From the NCBI GenBank assembly GCA_963746875.1, contig CAVVDA010000002.1, forward strand, positions 378,610-442,609: a stretch of DNA of 64,000 nt, written 5' to 3'. The position numbers and the translations under genes were made by a program. This document shows positions 13,217-25,794 of this stretch, in pieces. Every line of letters starts with the position of its first letter. The first letter of the stretch is position 1. The stretch comes from Thermoanaerobaculia bacterium. GTDB taxonomy: Bacteria; Acidobacteriota; Thermoanaerobaculia; UBA5066. The notes beneath the pieces are model-generated. The model searched no databases and was not told where the DNA came from. It saw only the letters and a list, made by a program, of their open reading frames with translations.

Positions 13217-15170
13217 AGCGCAGCGCCTCCATCGGAGAGAGGCGGCTCGCCTTCCACGCGGGGTAGAGCGCGAAGAGGAAGCCGAAGCCGGCCGCGAGGC
13301 GCGAAGGCCCAGAGGAAGCTCGCGGGCTGCATGTAGAGCGGGATCTCGAGGAACGACGTGATGACCTTCGAGAAGGCGACGCCGGCCGCGAAGCCCGCGA
13401 GGGCGCCGAGGCCCGTCAGGAGGAGCGCCTCGGTCATGAACTCCTTGAAGACCTCGCGGCCCGAGGCGCCGATCGCCATCTTGACGCCCACCTCGCGCAC
13501 GCGCTCCTTGAGCGTCGCCATCTGGATGTTCACGTTGACCATCCCGCCGCCGATGAGCGACAGGATGCCCGAGAGCATGAAGATCATGTTGTAGACGTCG
13601 CCCTGGCTCCGGCGCTTGCGGATGCGCGCGGCGATGTCGTCGATGCGGAAGTCCTCCTGCTGGCGGTGGTTCGCCTTGCAGGAGCGCCGTCGAGGCCCTC
13701 GCGTGAACGTCTCGCATGACGTTGAGGTCGCGGATCCGGAAGACGACGCGGTCGACGCGCTGCCAGCGGTCGCCCTGCATGCGCGTCGGCGACGAGCGTG
13801 GCCGGGACGGCGACGATCCGGTTCCGCCAGGCGAACTGGTTGCCCTGGTTGTCGCGCCAGCGGAAGATCTTCTCGGCGAAGGTCGCCGACGACGACGACG
13901 GGGATGTCGCCGAGCGCGGATCGTCTGGCCGACGGCGTCGCCCGTCGGGAAGAACGTGGACGTCGGCCTCGGCGCCGAGGAGCGCGACCGGCCTGTCCGT
14001 TCTCGAAGTCGTCCGCGGAGAAGCCGCGGCCCTTGTCGACCGTGTAGCCGTTCAGGGCGAGGTAGTCGCCGCCGATCCCGGTGATCTGGCGGTCCTGGTC
14101 GGCGTAGGGCGAGCGGACGCGCGCCCGCGCGAACTTCTGCTGCGCTGACGCCGGCGACGGCCTTCGCGTCGAGCGCGCTCGCCCTCCGCGGCGTCCTCGT
14201 TGCGGAGGCCGAGGTTCGCCGTCTGGAGCGCCGTCGGCTGGCCGTCGCGGATCGCCTCGCGACGGCTGGACGTTCAGGCGGTCCATCCCGCCGAGCTTCA
14301 CCCAGCGCTCGTCCGAGCGGCGCCGCTGGCTGTCGGAGATCGAGAAGCCCGCCGAGGACCGACGCGACGCCGAGGATGACGCCGAGCGTCTGGAGCGTCG
14401 ACCGGCCGAGGTTCTCGCGGATCTCGACCCAGGCGCCCGAAGAGGCGCTCGCGGAAGGCGCCGCGTGAACATCAGGCCGCCCGCTTCTCCGGACGTCGGA
14501 GACGATCAGGCCGTCGCGCAGCTCGACCCGCCGCTCGGCGAGGGACGCGATGTGCGGGTCGTGCGTGACGAGCATGACGGAGTTCCCCTGCCGGTGCAGC
14601 TCCTGGAAGAGGGCGAGGACCTCCTCGCCCGTCTTCGAGTCGAGCGCGCCCGTCGGCTCGTCGGCGAGGAGGAGCGCGGGCGTGTTCGCGAGGGCGCGCG
14701 CGATCGCGACGCGCTGCCGCTGGCCGCCCGAGAGCTGCGCCGGGCAGCACGTTCGCCTTCTCGGGGATCCCGACCCGCTCGAGCAGCTCGAGCGCGCGGC
14801 GCCGGCGCTCCTTGCGCGCCGAGGCCCGCGTAGAGGAGCGGCAGCTCGACGTTCCGGAGCGATCGACGCCTTCGGCAGGAGGTTGTAGCTCTGGAAGACG
14901 AAGCCGATCTTCTCGTTGCGGATGCGCGCGAGCGCGGCGCCGGACAGGCCCTCCACGTTCGCGCCGTCGAGCGCGTACGAGCCCGCCGTCGGCGAGTCGA
15001 GGCAGCCGATGATCGCCATGAGCGTCGACTTGCCGGAGCCCGACGGGCCGACGAGGGCCACGAACTCGCCGCGCCGCGACGGTGAGGTCGATGCCGCGGA
15101 GCGCGTGCACGGCCATGCCGTTCGCGCCGAAGACCTTCGTCAGGCCGCGTGTCTCGATGATCGGGCGCAT
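13211..15170 (-). CDS. macB: MacB-type ABC transporter (ATPase fused to FtsX permease); frame-shifted
   Basis: MRPIIETRGLTKVFG; GPSGSGKSTL Walker A; LSGGQRQRVAIARAL; LLADEPTGALD; permease RVREVGVKMAIGASGREVFKEF. Confidence 0.8.
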
Positions 15171-15173
15171 CGT

Positions 15174-16419
15174 TCAGTTGTCGTCGTCCTTCTCGACCTT
15201 CTTCTTCGTCGGGTCCTCGAGCGCGACCTGCTCGCCGCCCTTGAGGCCCGACAGGATCTCGACGCGCTCGAGCGTCGCGATGCCGGCGTTCACCGGGCAC
15301 GACGTCGTAGTAGTCCTTCCAGTGGTCCGAGAGCCAGATGTACTTGCCGCGCCCGTCGAGGCCTTCCTTCGCGGCGGCGATCTGCTTCGGCTTCGAGGTC
15401 GCTCTTCAGGCGGTAGACGACGGTCTTGCCCTTCGCGCGCGCTGGAGCGCCTCGAGCGGAATCGAGACGGCCTTTTCCCGCTTCTCGCCGAGGATCTCGA
15501 CGTTCGCGCTCATGCCCGTGCGGTAGGAGTCGCCGAGCTCGTCGAGCGCGATCTCGACGGGGAAGACCTTGATCTTCTCGAGGAGCTTCGCGGCGGGCGC
15601 CACGAAGCGCACCTTGCCCGTGAAGATCTTCTGCGGATACGCGTCGAGCGTGATCCGCACGGGCTGGCCGACCTTCACCTTCGCGATGTCGACCTCGTTC
15701 AGGTTCACCTTGATGAGGAGCGTCTTGAGGTCGGCCACCGTGAAGAGGACCGTGCCCGCGTTGAAGGACGACACGCCCGACGTCACGGTCTCGCCCAGCT
15801 CGACGCCCTTCGTGATGACGACGCCGGACATCGGGGCCGTGACGCGCGCGCGCTGGGTCACGGCGTCGCCGGAGATCGGGATGCCGTGCCCCTCGACGAT
15901 CTCGTAGCGCTGCCGCGCGGCCTTCACGTTCTCGGCCGCGAGATCGCGCTTCGTGACGTAGTCCTTCAGCGTCTCGCCGCCGATGAGGCCGTCCTTGAAG
16001 AGCCGCTCCTGGGAGCGGAGCTGGCGCTCGGCGTCCTTCAGGCCGACCTCGGCCTGCGTGACGCCGGCCCTCACGTCGGAGAGGGACTGGGCCTGGGTGA
16101 CGTCGGGCTCGACCTCGGCGAGGATGTCGCCGGACTTCACGACGGCGCCGTCGCGGACCTTCAGGGCGACGACCCGGCCCGACACGACGGACTTGACGTC
16201 GACCTTCGTCTCGGGATCGACGACGCCGACCTCGCGGACGCTCACCTGGAGGTCCTCGGCCTGCACTTTCCCGATCCGGAAGGGCGGCTGGTCGGGCCCC
16301 TTGGCCTTGTCCTTGCCGCGCGAGGCGAAGAGGACACCCCCGCCCGCGAGCAGGATGACGCCGGCGGACGCCAGGATCCATTTGAGTCTTCTTGGACATG
16401 CGGGACCTCTCTCCCGCAT
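15174..16419 (-). CDS. macA: efflux membrane fusion protein (MacA/HlyD family)
   Basis: N-terminal TM; coiled-coil region; GQPVRITLDAYPQKIFTGKVRFVAPAA; C-terminal frame change (VVYRLK...). Confidence 0.75.
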
Positions 16420-16487
16420 ATACGGACGCGGGCGGCCGAAAGTTCGCTGATTTCCCTCAGCCCCCCGGCGGCCCCTACAATCGCCGG

Positions 16488-17337
16488 ATGGACGAGGCGC
16501 GAATCCGGCAGCGCGTGGCCGCGGCGAGGCGGATCGTGGTGAAGGCCGGGACGAACGTGATCATGCGCGACGACGGCGCCGTCGCGCTGGGGCGCCTGTA
16601 CGGCCTCATCGAGTCCGTCGCGACCCTGAAAAAGCAGGGGCGGCAGGTTCTGATCGTCTCTTCGGGGGCCGTCGGGCTCGGAGCGCAACGGCTGCGCCTC
16701 GAAAAGAAGCCGGGCTCGCTCACGCTCAAGCAGGCCTGCGCCGCCATCGGCCAGAGCCGGCTGATGTCCGTCTACGAAGAGGGCTTCGAGAAGATGGGCC
16801 TCCTCACCGCGCAGGTGCTCCTCACCGAGGACGACTTCACCGACCGGACGCGCTTTCAGAATCTCTCGGCCACGCTCGAAAAGCTCTTCGAGCTGGATGC
16901 CGTGCCGATCCTGAACGAGAACGACACGGTCTCGACGCTGGAGCTGGAGTCGCCCGACGGCAAGGGGGCGCGCGGCCTTTTCGGCGACAACGACCGGCTC
17001 TCGGCGCTCGTCATGAGCAAGGTGAGGGCGGACGTCCTCGTCATCCTCTCCGACGTGGACGGTCTTTACACGGGCAACCCGGCGCACGACCGCACGGCCA
17101 CGCTCATCCCGCTCGTTTCCGAGATCACGGAAGAGATCGCGCGGTACGCCGACGGCGGAAGCGGGCGCGGCAGGGGCGGCATGGCCTCGAAGCTGGACGC
17201 CGCGAGGATCGCGACGGCGCGCGGGCGGCGTCGCCGTCATCGCGAACGGCCGGATGCACGGAGTCCTCGACCGGCTCTTCGCGGGCGAGGCCGTCGGCAC
17301 CGTGTTCGGGCCGAAGGCCGGGACGAGAGATCGATGA
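16488..17337 (+). CDS. proB: glutamate 5-kinase; C-terminal frame change
   Basis: RIVVKAGTNV; LIVSSGAVGLG; ILNENDTVST; SDVDGLYTGNP. Confidence 0.85.
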
Positions 17338-18684
17338 CGGAAGAGAAGACGGAAGAAGATTTCTTAGAAGGGAATATGGGGCCGGTCGAGATCGCGAAGC
17401 GCGCGCGACTCGCCGCGAGGAGACTGGCCGCCGTGCCGACGAGGACGAAAGACGATCTTCTTCGAAAGGTGGCCGACGGGATGGAGCGGCGATCGCGACG
17501 CCATCCTGAGCGCGAACCGCAGCCGATCGTGGACGCCGCCCGCACCACCTTCAAAGAAATCCCTCTCGCGGCGTCGGCCTTCGAACGCCTGAAGCTCGAC
17601 GAGACCAAGGTGCACGGAATGGCCGACGGCGTCCGTGCCGTGGCCGATTTGCCCGACCCTTCCGGCCGCGTCCTCTCCCGCACGCTCCTCGACGACGGCC
17701 TCGTCCTGGAGAAGGTGACGTGTCCTCTGGGCGTTCTCCTGGTCATCTTCGAGTCGCGCCCCGACGCGGTGGCGCAGATCGGCTCGCTGGCGCTGAAGTC
17801 GGGCAACGCGGCGATCCTCAAGGGCGGGCGCGAGTCCGCCCGCTCCACGGCGGCGCTCCTCGACGTCTTCGCGAAGGCGCTCGCGTCCTTTCCCGAGATC
17901 CCGGAAGGCGCGCTCTCCTCCGTGGCGGGCCGGGCCGAGGTGGACGCGCTCCTCGCGCTCGACGAGCACATCGACCTCGTCATCCCGCGGGGCGGGTACG
18001 ACCTCGTCCGGCACGTTCAGGCCGCGACGCGCATCCCGGTGCTCGGCCACGCGGAGGGCGTCTGCCACGTCTACGTGGACCGCGCGGCGGACGAGGCGAT
18101 GGCGACCGGCGATCGTCCTCGACAGCAAGCTCCAGTACCCGGCTGCGTGCAACGCCGCCGAGACGCTTCTCGTCCACGGCGACGCGGCGGCGCGCTTCCT
18201 CGTCCCGCTGCTGAGACGGCTCCTCGAGGCGGGCGTGGAGATCCGCGCCTGCGGGAAGACGCGAGCCCTGGCGCCGTCGCTCCGTCTCGCGCCCGCCACG
18301 GAGGAAGACTGGCGCACGGAGTACGGCGGGCCGACCCTGTCCGTCAAGGTGGTGGAGTCGCTCGACGAGGCGGTGGAGCACGTGAACCGCTACGGCTCGC
18401 ACCACACGGAGGCCATCGTCACCGCCGACGAGGCCGCCGCCGAGGCGTTCCTCTCCCGCGTCGACGCGGCCGGCGTCTTCCACAACGCCTCCACGCGCTT
18501 CGCCGACGGCTACCGCTACGGCTTCGGGGCGGAGGTCGGGATCTCGACGAGCCGCATCCATGCCCGCGGCCCCGTGGGCCTCGACGGGCTCGTCACGTAC
18601 AAATACCTGCTCAGGGGCAGCGGCCAGATCGTCGCGACGTACAGCGGGAACGACGCCCGCCCGTTCCGGCATCGGAAGCTGTGA
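17334..18684 (+). CDS. proA: gamma-glutamyl phosphate reductase; frame change near 18100
   Basis: [15 protein letters not shown]; VIPRGG; [10 protein letters not shown]; ATG overlaps proB stop (ATGA); 5' end lies in a repeat copy. Confidence 0.85.
17337..17381. repeat. dispersed repeat copy at the proB/proA junction
   Basis: gacggaagagaagacggaagaagatttcttagaagggaatatgggg. Confidence 0.45.
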
Positions 18685-18703
18685 CGGCGAAGCCGCCTGC
18701 TAA

Positions 18704-20206
18704 ATCCGCGTGCACACCGCCTTGGTCTGCGTGTAGAGCTCGAAGACGTCCTTGCCCATCTCGCGTCCCCAGCCCGACTGCTTGTAGCCGCCGAAGGGGA
18801 GCGCCGCGTCGAAGATGTTGTAGCAGTTGATCCAGACCGTCCCGGCCTTGAGCGATGCCGCCGAGCCGGTGGGCCTTGGAGATGTCCTTCGTCCAGATGC
18901 CCGCCGCCAGGCCGTAGACGCTGTCGTTCGCCGCGCGGCGTCAGCTCTTCGGGGTCGTCGAACGGAATCGCCGTCACGACCGGTCCGAAGATCTCCTCCT
19001 GCACGACCTTCATTTCTCGGTCGTGTTCACCAGCACGGTCGGCTCGACGAAGTAGCCCTTGCCGGCGATCTTCTTTCCGCCGGTCACGGCCCTGGCGCCC
19101 TCGGACATGCCGCACTCCAGGTAGCCGCACACGCGCTGCAGCTGCTCCTCGGAGACCATCGGGCCCATGCTCGTGTCGGGCTCGAGTCCCGACCCGACCT
19201 TGATCTTCTTCGCCTCGGCCGCGACTCCCTCGACGACTCGATCGAAGGCCGGACGCTCGACGTAGAGACGCGAGCCGGCGCAGCAGCACTGCCCGTGGTT
19301 GAAGAAGATGGCGCTGGCCGCGCCCGCGATCGCCGTGTCCAGGTCGGCGTCCTCGAAGACGACGTTCGGCGACTTCCCGCCCAGCTCGAGCGAGACCTTC
19401 TTCAGGTTGCCCGCCGCCGCCTGCACGATGAGCCTGCCGACTTCGGTCGAGCCGGTGAACGCCACCTTGTCGACGCCGTCGTGCGCCGCGAGCGCCGCGC
19501 CGGCGGTCTCTCCGTATCCGGGCACGATGTTCACCACGCCATCCGGGAACCCGGCTTCCGCGATCAGCTCGCCCAGCAGCAGCGCGCTGAGCGGCGTCTG
19601 CTCCGCCGGCTTCAGGACGACCGTGCATCCCGCCGCCAGCGCCGGCCCCAGCTTCCAGGCCGCCATCAGCAGCGGGAAATTCCACGGGATGATCTGCCCG
19701 ACGACGCCGACCGGCTCGCGCAGCGTGTATGCGAGGTACTTCGCGCCCGGCGTGTAGGGCACGGAGAGCGGAATCGTCGTCCCTTCGAGCTTGGTCGCCC
19801 ATCCGGCCATGTAGCGGAACAGGTCGACGGTCAGCGGAACATCCGCTGCCCGGGCGACCACCAGCGGCTTGCCGTTGTCGAGCGATTCCAGGAGCGCGAA
19901 CTCTTCCGTGTGCGCTTCGATCAGGTCGGCCAGTTTCCACATCAGCCGCCCGCGCTCGGACGCAGTCATGCGCGGCCAGGGGCCGCTTTCGAAGGCCTTG
20001 CGCGCCGCCCGGACGGCGGCGTCGATGTCCTCGCGATCGCCTTCCGCGATCTTGGCCAGGACTTCTCCGGTGGCCGGGTTGTAGGTTGGAAAAGTCTTGC
20101 CGGACGCGGCGTTCACCGATTTGCCGTCGATCAGCATCTGGCGCGGCCTGGCGATGAAGTCGCTGACTCGCGGGTCGATTTTGACTGGAGAAACGGCTAC
20201 GGACAT
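18704..20206 (-). CDS. NAD(P)-dependent aldehyde dehydrogenase; one C-terminal frame change
   Basis: intact 398-aa ORF 19010-20206 with [20 protein letters not shown], catalytic CCAGSR; tail EEIFGPV in a shifted frame. Confidence 0.85.
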
Positions 20207-20407
20207 AAAACCTCCTTGGGTGCTGTTCCGAAAAAAATCCCCTCCGGCGGGTTCGAGGAGCGGGAATCGTATTCCCGCTCCTGACCGGAGGGCAACGGGC
20301 TTGGAAGCCGTGGAGCCCTTGTGCGTGTCTTGAACAAGCTTGCGGGAGACAACTGCCGGCGACCCGCGTCGCCCGTGCCGTTACACTTCGCCCACCTCGG
20401 AGGTCTC

Positions 20408-21806
20408 ATGCGGATTTCGGCTCTTCTCGTCGCGCTTGCCGCCTGTTCGTCCGCGCTCGCAGTCGCCGGTCCGCCCGCGCCGGGTCAGGACTGGTTCGCG
20501 TCGCACCGCGCGGCGCTGGCCGCGAAGCTGCCGCCGGACGCGGTCGTCGTCCTGCGCGCCCCCGCGGAGCCCGACGCGAATCTCCTCGATGCCTACCGGC
20601 CCGACTCGAATTTCTGGTACCTGACGGGCTTTTCCGAGCCGGACGCGGTCGCGGTCTTCCGGCCGGGCGCCCCGGAAGGAAAGCGCTACACGCTCTTCGT
20701 CAAGCCGAAGAGCTGGGCCGAGGAGCGGTGGACGGGACGCCGCGCCGGAGTCGAGGGCGCGAAGGAGTTCCGGGCCGACGCCGCCCATCCCGATCGCCGA
20801 CTTTCAGAAGGAGTCCCGGGCGCTTCTCGCGGGAGCGAAGGCTCTCTATTACGCCGATGCGCACGACAGGGAGTTCCGCGAGAAGCTCGTCTCGGCCTGG
20901 CAGACGCACGCGGCGGCCGGCACCGAGCCGCTCCCCGCGCTCGACGTCGCGCCGCTCCTCGGGCAGATGCGCCTCGTGAAGGACGCGACGGAGATCGCGA
21001 TTCTGCGCGAAGCGGTCAGGCTTTCGATCGAGGCTCACCTCGCCGCGCTGACGCGCGCGCGCCCCGGAGTGAGCGAGGGCGTCCTCAAGGCCGCCATGCT
21101 CGAGCGCTGCCTCTCGGGCGGCGCCGCAGCGGATGGCTTACGCCGCCGATCGTGGGGTCGGGGCCGAACTCGGTGATCCTCCACTACCCCCAGGCGAATC
21201 GCACGATGCTCGCCGGGGAGATGATCGTGAACGACACGGCGTGCGAGTACGGCCTGTACGCCGCGGACGTGACCCGTAGCTATCCCGTCGAGCGGCACGT
21301 TCTCGCCCGAGCAGCGCGCGCTCTACGCGATCGTCCTCGAGGCGCAGAAGGCCGGGATCGCGAAGGCGGTGCCCGGCGCGAAGCACCACGAGATCCAGGA
21401 CGCCTCGTACGAGGTCATCGTGGACGGGCTCCTGAAGCTCGGCCTCCTGAAGGGCACGCGCGAGGAGGTGAAGACCTCGCGCTCTTTCGCCGCGTTCTTC
21501 CCGCACGGCATCTCGCACTGGCTCGGGCTCGACGTCCACGACGCCGGCAGCTACGAGTTCGGGGATCCGACGGACCGCTGGACGCGCTACTTCTCGTCGA
21601 ACGCGACGCTTCGCCCCGGGATGGTCCTCACCGTGGAACCGGGCATCTACATCCCGGAGAAGAGCGAGGGCGTCGACCCGAAGTGGTGGAACATCGGCGT
21701 CAGGATCGAGGACGACGTCCTCGTCACGGAAAAAGGGCCGGAGTGCCTGTCGTGCGCGGCTCCGCGGGAGATCGCGGACGTGGAGAAGGCGATGGCGGCA
21801 CGCTGA
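20408..21806 (+). CDS. pepP: Xaa-Pro aminopeptidase (M24B, PepP-like), secreted; frame-shifted
   Basis: signal peptide; N-terminal AMP_N region ([13 protein letters not shown]); [13 protein letters not shown]; VLTVEPGIY; IEDDVLVT. Confidence 0.8.
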
Positions 21807-21841
21807 ACGCGACCTGCTCCGAAGCCGATAACATCCCCGGC

Positions 21842-23744
21842 GTGGCGGGACTCATCCAGGTTCTCCCCGACGCGCTCGTCGACCAGATCGCCGCGGGCGA
21901 GGTCGTGGAGCGCCCGGCGTCCGCCGTCAAGGAGCTCGTCGAGAACGCGCTCGACGCCGGCGCGCGGCGCGTCCCGTGGACGTCGAAGGCGGGGGGATCG
22001 CGCGGATCGAGGTCGTGGACGACGGCTCCGGCATGTCCCCCGAGGACGCGCGGCTGGCCCTCGAGCGGCACGCGACGTCCAAGATCCGCACGTTCCAGGA
22101 CCTGACCTCGATCGGCACGATGGGCTTTCGCGGCGAGGCGCTGCCCTCGATCGCGTCCGTCTCGCGCCTCGTCCTCACGACGTCGCCGGACGAGTCCGGC
22201 CTCGGGACCGAGGTCGTCGCCGAGCGGGGCGCACCGCCGCGCGTTTCGCCCGCGCGGCACCCGAAGGGCACGCGCGTCGTCGTCGAGGACCTCTTCGGCA
22301 ACGTTCCGGCGCGCCGCAAGTTCCTGAAGAGCGCGGAGGCCGAGCTCCGGGCGGTCGTGAAGGCCGTCACGGCGCTCGCCCTCTCCCGCCCGGACGTGGC
22401 GTTCACGCTGCGCGCCGGGCCGCGGCTCCTCCTCGATCTGCCGCCGGCGGCCGGGATCGCGACGCGGTTCCGCGAGGTCCTCGGCCTCGCGGCCCCGGCG
22501 CCCCCGCGTCGACGTGGACTTCGCGTTCAACGGCATGACGCTGACGGGCGCCGTCACGCGGCCGGACGCGACGTTTCCGTCGCGCGCGCACCAGTGGTTC
22601 TTCGTGAACGGCCGCGCCATCCGGGACGCGACCGTGGCGCATGCCGTCGCGCTCGCGACGCGCGAGGTGCTGCGCTCGGACCGCCACGCGGGATTCGCGC
22701 TGTTTCTGGCCTGCGACCCGGAGCTCTGCGACGTGAACGTGCACCCGCAGAAGCTGGAGGTCCGCTTCCGCGACCCGAGCGCCGTGCACGCGCTCGTCCA
22801 CCGCGGTCTCGTCCATGCGCTCACGGGGGGAAAAGGCGCGGTCGCCGTGGAGGGAGAGGCGTTTCGGGGAGTCGGAAGGAGCGAAGGATGGGAAGAGGAA
22901 GAGAAAGAGAGAGAAGAAGAGATTTCTTAGAAAGGGGAACTGCAGGCGGGGTGCGTCTGAGGTTGGCGAGGGGGCGGCTCGCTACGGCGCTGCCTCGGAC
23001 TGCGCCATTGGGCGCACCTCGATGCGGCTATGGCGCGGGCGGCGGCGCGGCACCGGAACGCTGCTCGACGCGCGCGCAGCCGGCCCGTCCCCCTCTTCCT
23101 ATTCAGAAGAAATCTTCTTCTTCTCTTCTTCTTCTTCTCTCTCTTCTTCCCCTCTCGGCCCCCTTCGCCTCCTCGGCCAGTACCGCGATTCGTTCCTCGT
23201 GGCCGAAGGCGAGGAGGGCCTGGTTCTCATCGACCAGCACGTCGCGCACGAGCGCGTGCAGGTACGAGAGGTTCCTCGCGAGGCTCGAGACCGTCGGAGG
23301 TCTCCTCGCAGAGTCTCCTGACGCCGGTGACGTTCGAGGCGACGCCGGACGAGGCGGCGCTCCTCTCGCGGTCGGACGACTTCCTCGCCGAAGCGGGCTT
23401 CGTGGTCTCGGAGCTCTCGGGCCGGACGTTCCTCGTCTCGGCCACGCCGCCCGAGACGCCGGTCTCCTCGGTCCGTCCCCGCGCTCCGCGACACCCTCGC
23501 GCGCCTCGCGGCGCTGCCCGAGGGCTCCGCGACCTCGCCCGCGCTCAGGCGCGAGGTCCTCGCCGCGTCCCTCGCCTGCCGCGGCGCGATCACGGTGAAC
23601 CACCGCCTCGCGCCGGCCGAGGCCGCGCGGCTCCTCGCGGACCTCGCGGCCTGCCGCGACCCGTGGACGTGCCCGCACGGGCGGCCCATCCTCCTCGCGT
23701 TTTCGCACGAGGAGCTCGAGAGGCGTTTCGGGCGGCGCGGATGA
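21842..23744 (+). CDS. mutL: DNA mismatch repair protein MutL; frame changes, and a stop in the main frame inside the linker, which holds two inverted repeat copies
   Basis: [26 protein letters not shown]; [14 protein letters not shown]; C-terminal [14 protein letters not shown]. Confidence 0.8.
22886..22937. repeat. dispersed repeat copy in mutL linker (GA orientation)
   Basis: ggatgggaagaggaagagaaagagagagaagaagagatttcttagaaagggg. Confidence 0.5.
23090..23157. repeat. dispersed repeat copy in mutL linker (CT orientation, inverted partner of 22886)
   Basis: ccctcttcctattcagaagaaatcttcttcttctcttcttcttcttctctctcttcttcccctctcgg. Confidence 0.5.
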
Positions 23745-24674
23745 GCGATCGCAACGATCTCTTCGCGCCGAAGCTCGGCCTCACGCTGCCGCTCTGCAGC
23801 TTCCACTTCATCTTCTTCTTCCTCTCGAAGATGAATCCCGAACAGACGTACGCGCTCTTCGCGTTCGATCCCAGGGCGGCGCTCGAGAGGCCGTGGACGT
23901 TCGTGACGTACCAGTTCCTGCACGGCGAGCCCTTCGGGCTCTTCTTCGGCACGCTCATCCTCTACATCCTCGGCTCCGCGCTCGAGGCGGAGTGGGGAAC
24001 CGGCGAGTTCACGGTCTTCTGGCTCGTCTCGACGCTCGGCGCCTCGCTCGCGGCGCTCGTCACGGGAAACGCGCTCGTCTCGGGGGGCGTCGTGACGGGC
24101 GCGTCGATGCTCTTCGCCTACGCGTACCTCTTCCCCGACATGCAGTTCCTGATCTTCTTCGTGATCCCCGTGAAGGTGAAGTGGCTCGCGTGGCTGGCCG
24201 TGGCCGTGCCTCGGCTGGGGTCTTCTGAAGGCGACGCTCGCGGGGCGGCCGGGAGCCGGGTTCGTGACGGTGGCCGGCGCCGGGGCGGGATTTCTCTTCT
24301 TCTGGATCCGGCACCACGGCCGGTACCGGGTGAAGAAGGCGGCGAAGTCCGCGGTCGTCGCCGTGAAGTCCGCGGGCGCGCTGCGCGAGGACGCGGCGCT
24401 CGAGCGCCGCAACCGCGAGCTGTTCCCGAAGGTCGAGGACCTGCGCCGGGCGACGCAGGGAGGCGGCGACCCGCCGCCGCGCCAGCGCGAGTTCGCGGCG
24501 GAGCTCGGGAAGCTCGTCGTCCCCGGCGTGAACATCTGCAAACCCATCGACTTCAAGGGCGACAAGGACGGCATCTGCGTCAAGTGCGAGGGCTTCGCCG
24601 AGTGCTCGCTCCGCTACGTGGCGGGGCAGCCCGACCGAGATCGTCGTGAAGACGCGGGAGTAGGAAGCCGGTAG
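23741..24674 (+). CDS. rhomboid family intramembrane protease with C-terminal Cys-rich tail (alternative start 23831); one frame change
   Basis: ERPWTFVTYQFLHGE; multiple TM helices; CKPIDFKGDKDGICVKCEGFAEC tail. Confidence 0.6.
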
Positions 24675-24683
24675 AATCCTCCC

Positions 24684-25215
24684 GTGTCGATCGCTCTCGC
24701 CCTCGCCCTCGCCCTCGCGGCGCCCGCCTCGCCGATCCCGGGCGTGCCGTTCCCTCCGGGAGGGGAGATCGACCCGGTCCTCACGCAGGTCTTCACCGAC
24801 CGCGCCGCCGTCGAGACGACGGCAGGCCGTGGCGCGCCTCGACGCCGACACGTCGCGGAGCGCGGCCGAGAAGGCCGAGCTGAAGAAGCGGCTCGGGAAG
24901 CTCAAGATCGCGGTCTTCACGACGCCGAAGTCGGTGGACGAGAGCGTCGCCGCCTACGAGCGGCAGGTCCCGCAATCGCGCTTCATCTTCGCCGAGCGCA
25001 ATCTCGAGGCCGACCTGAGGGACGGCATCAAGAGCGGCGCGATCCAGGCGGACGCGGCGGCGGTCGCGAAGGCGGCGGGCCAGAGAGGGCGGTCCGCGCG
25101 CTGGAACCGCGCGGACGGGGCCCTCGAGATCGACATCGAGGACCACTTCATCGATCCGCGCACGGGCGCGATCCTCGCCAAGACGATCGTCCTCGTCACC
25201 TCACTGGGGGACTGA
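24684..25215 (+). CDS. hypothetical secreted protein; one frame change
   Basis: signal peptide (Ala-Leu repeat); no recognisable family. Confidence 0.4.
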
Positions 25216-25788
25216 GCCCTCACTCGAAGCCGGCCGCTTGCCCTGGTAGTGGCGGAACACCTGCCACGCGCCGAAGGCGACGAGGAGGACCGGCCACCAG
25301 TCGTTCAGGAACGACAGGTCGATCGTCACGAGCCGGTCGAGGAGCAGGAACCCGCCGATCAGGATGAGGAGCAGGCCGGCCGTGAGGCTTCCGCTCACGC
25401 GCACCGGCTCGTCGGAGCCGAGGATGTTCGACTCGGGCCGGCCCGTCGCGTTGATCGCCTTCGCCTGGCGCGACGCGTCGATGATCGAAAAGACCATCCA
25501 GAACGGAATTGCGATGCCCGGAAACGGACCGTGGGAGTGTCCGGCCACCGAGATGAACAGGACCCAGACGCCGAAGAGGATCGCGGCGCGCTGGTAGAGG
25601 CCGAGGTAGAGGTGACCCATGCCCGGAATGATCCCGAGAGCGCCCGCGGCGCCGGGGTTCTTCGGCAGCGGCGCGGGCGGCAGCGCGCCCGCGGGTCCGA
25701 AGGCGATCGGGGGCGGCGGCGGCGCGGGCGAGAGAGAAGGCGTGCTCGGGGGTTGGGGGTTCGTGCCGGTGTCGTTCATCGTTTCCAC
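25201..25788 (-). CDS. hypothetical membrane protein with Pro-rich N-terminus
   Basis: intact 195-aa ORF; 3-4 predicted TM helices. Confidence 0.5.
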   Translation of the reverse strand: METMNDTGTNPQPPSTPSLSPAPPPPPIAFGPAGALPPAPLPKNPGAAGALGIIPGMGHLYLGLYQRAAILFGVWVLFISVAGHSHGPFPGIAIPFWMVFSIIDASRQAKAINATGRPESNILGSDEPVRVSGSLTAGLLLILIGGFLLLDRLVTIDLSFLNDWWPVLLVAFGAWQVFRHYQGKRPASSEGSVPQ

Positions 25789-25794
25789 CTGTCG

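Noticed and set aside
22886-23157. GAA/TTC trinucleotide tracts resembling heat-shock elements (nGAAn/nTTCn), or a CRISPR-like repeat array
   Set aside because: Spacing is contiguous TTC GAA GAA ... TTC TTC, not the 5-bp alternating HSE unit. Copies are dispersed singly or as inverted pairs, not as regularly spaced direct repeats with unique spacers, and there are no cas genes.
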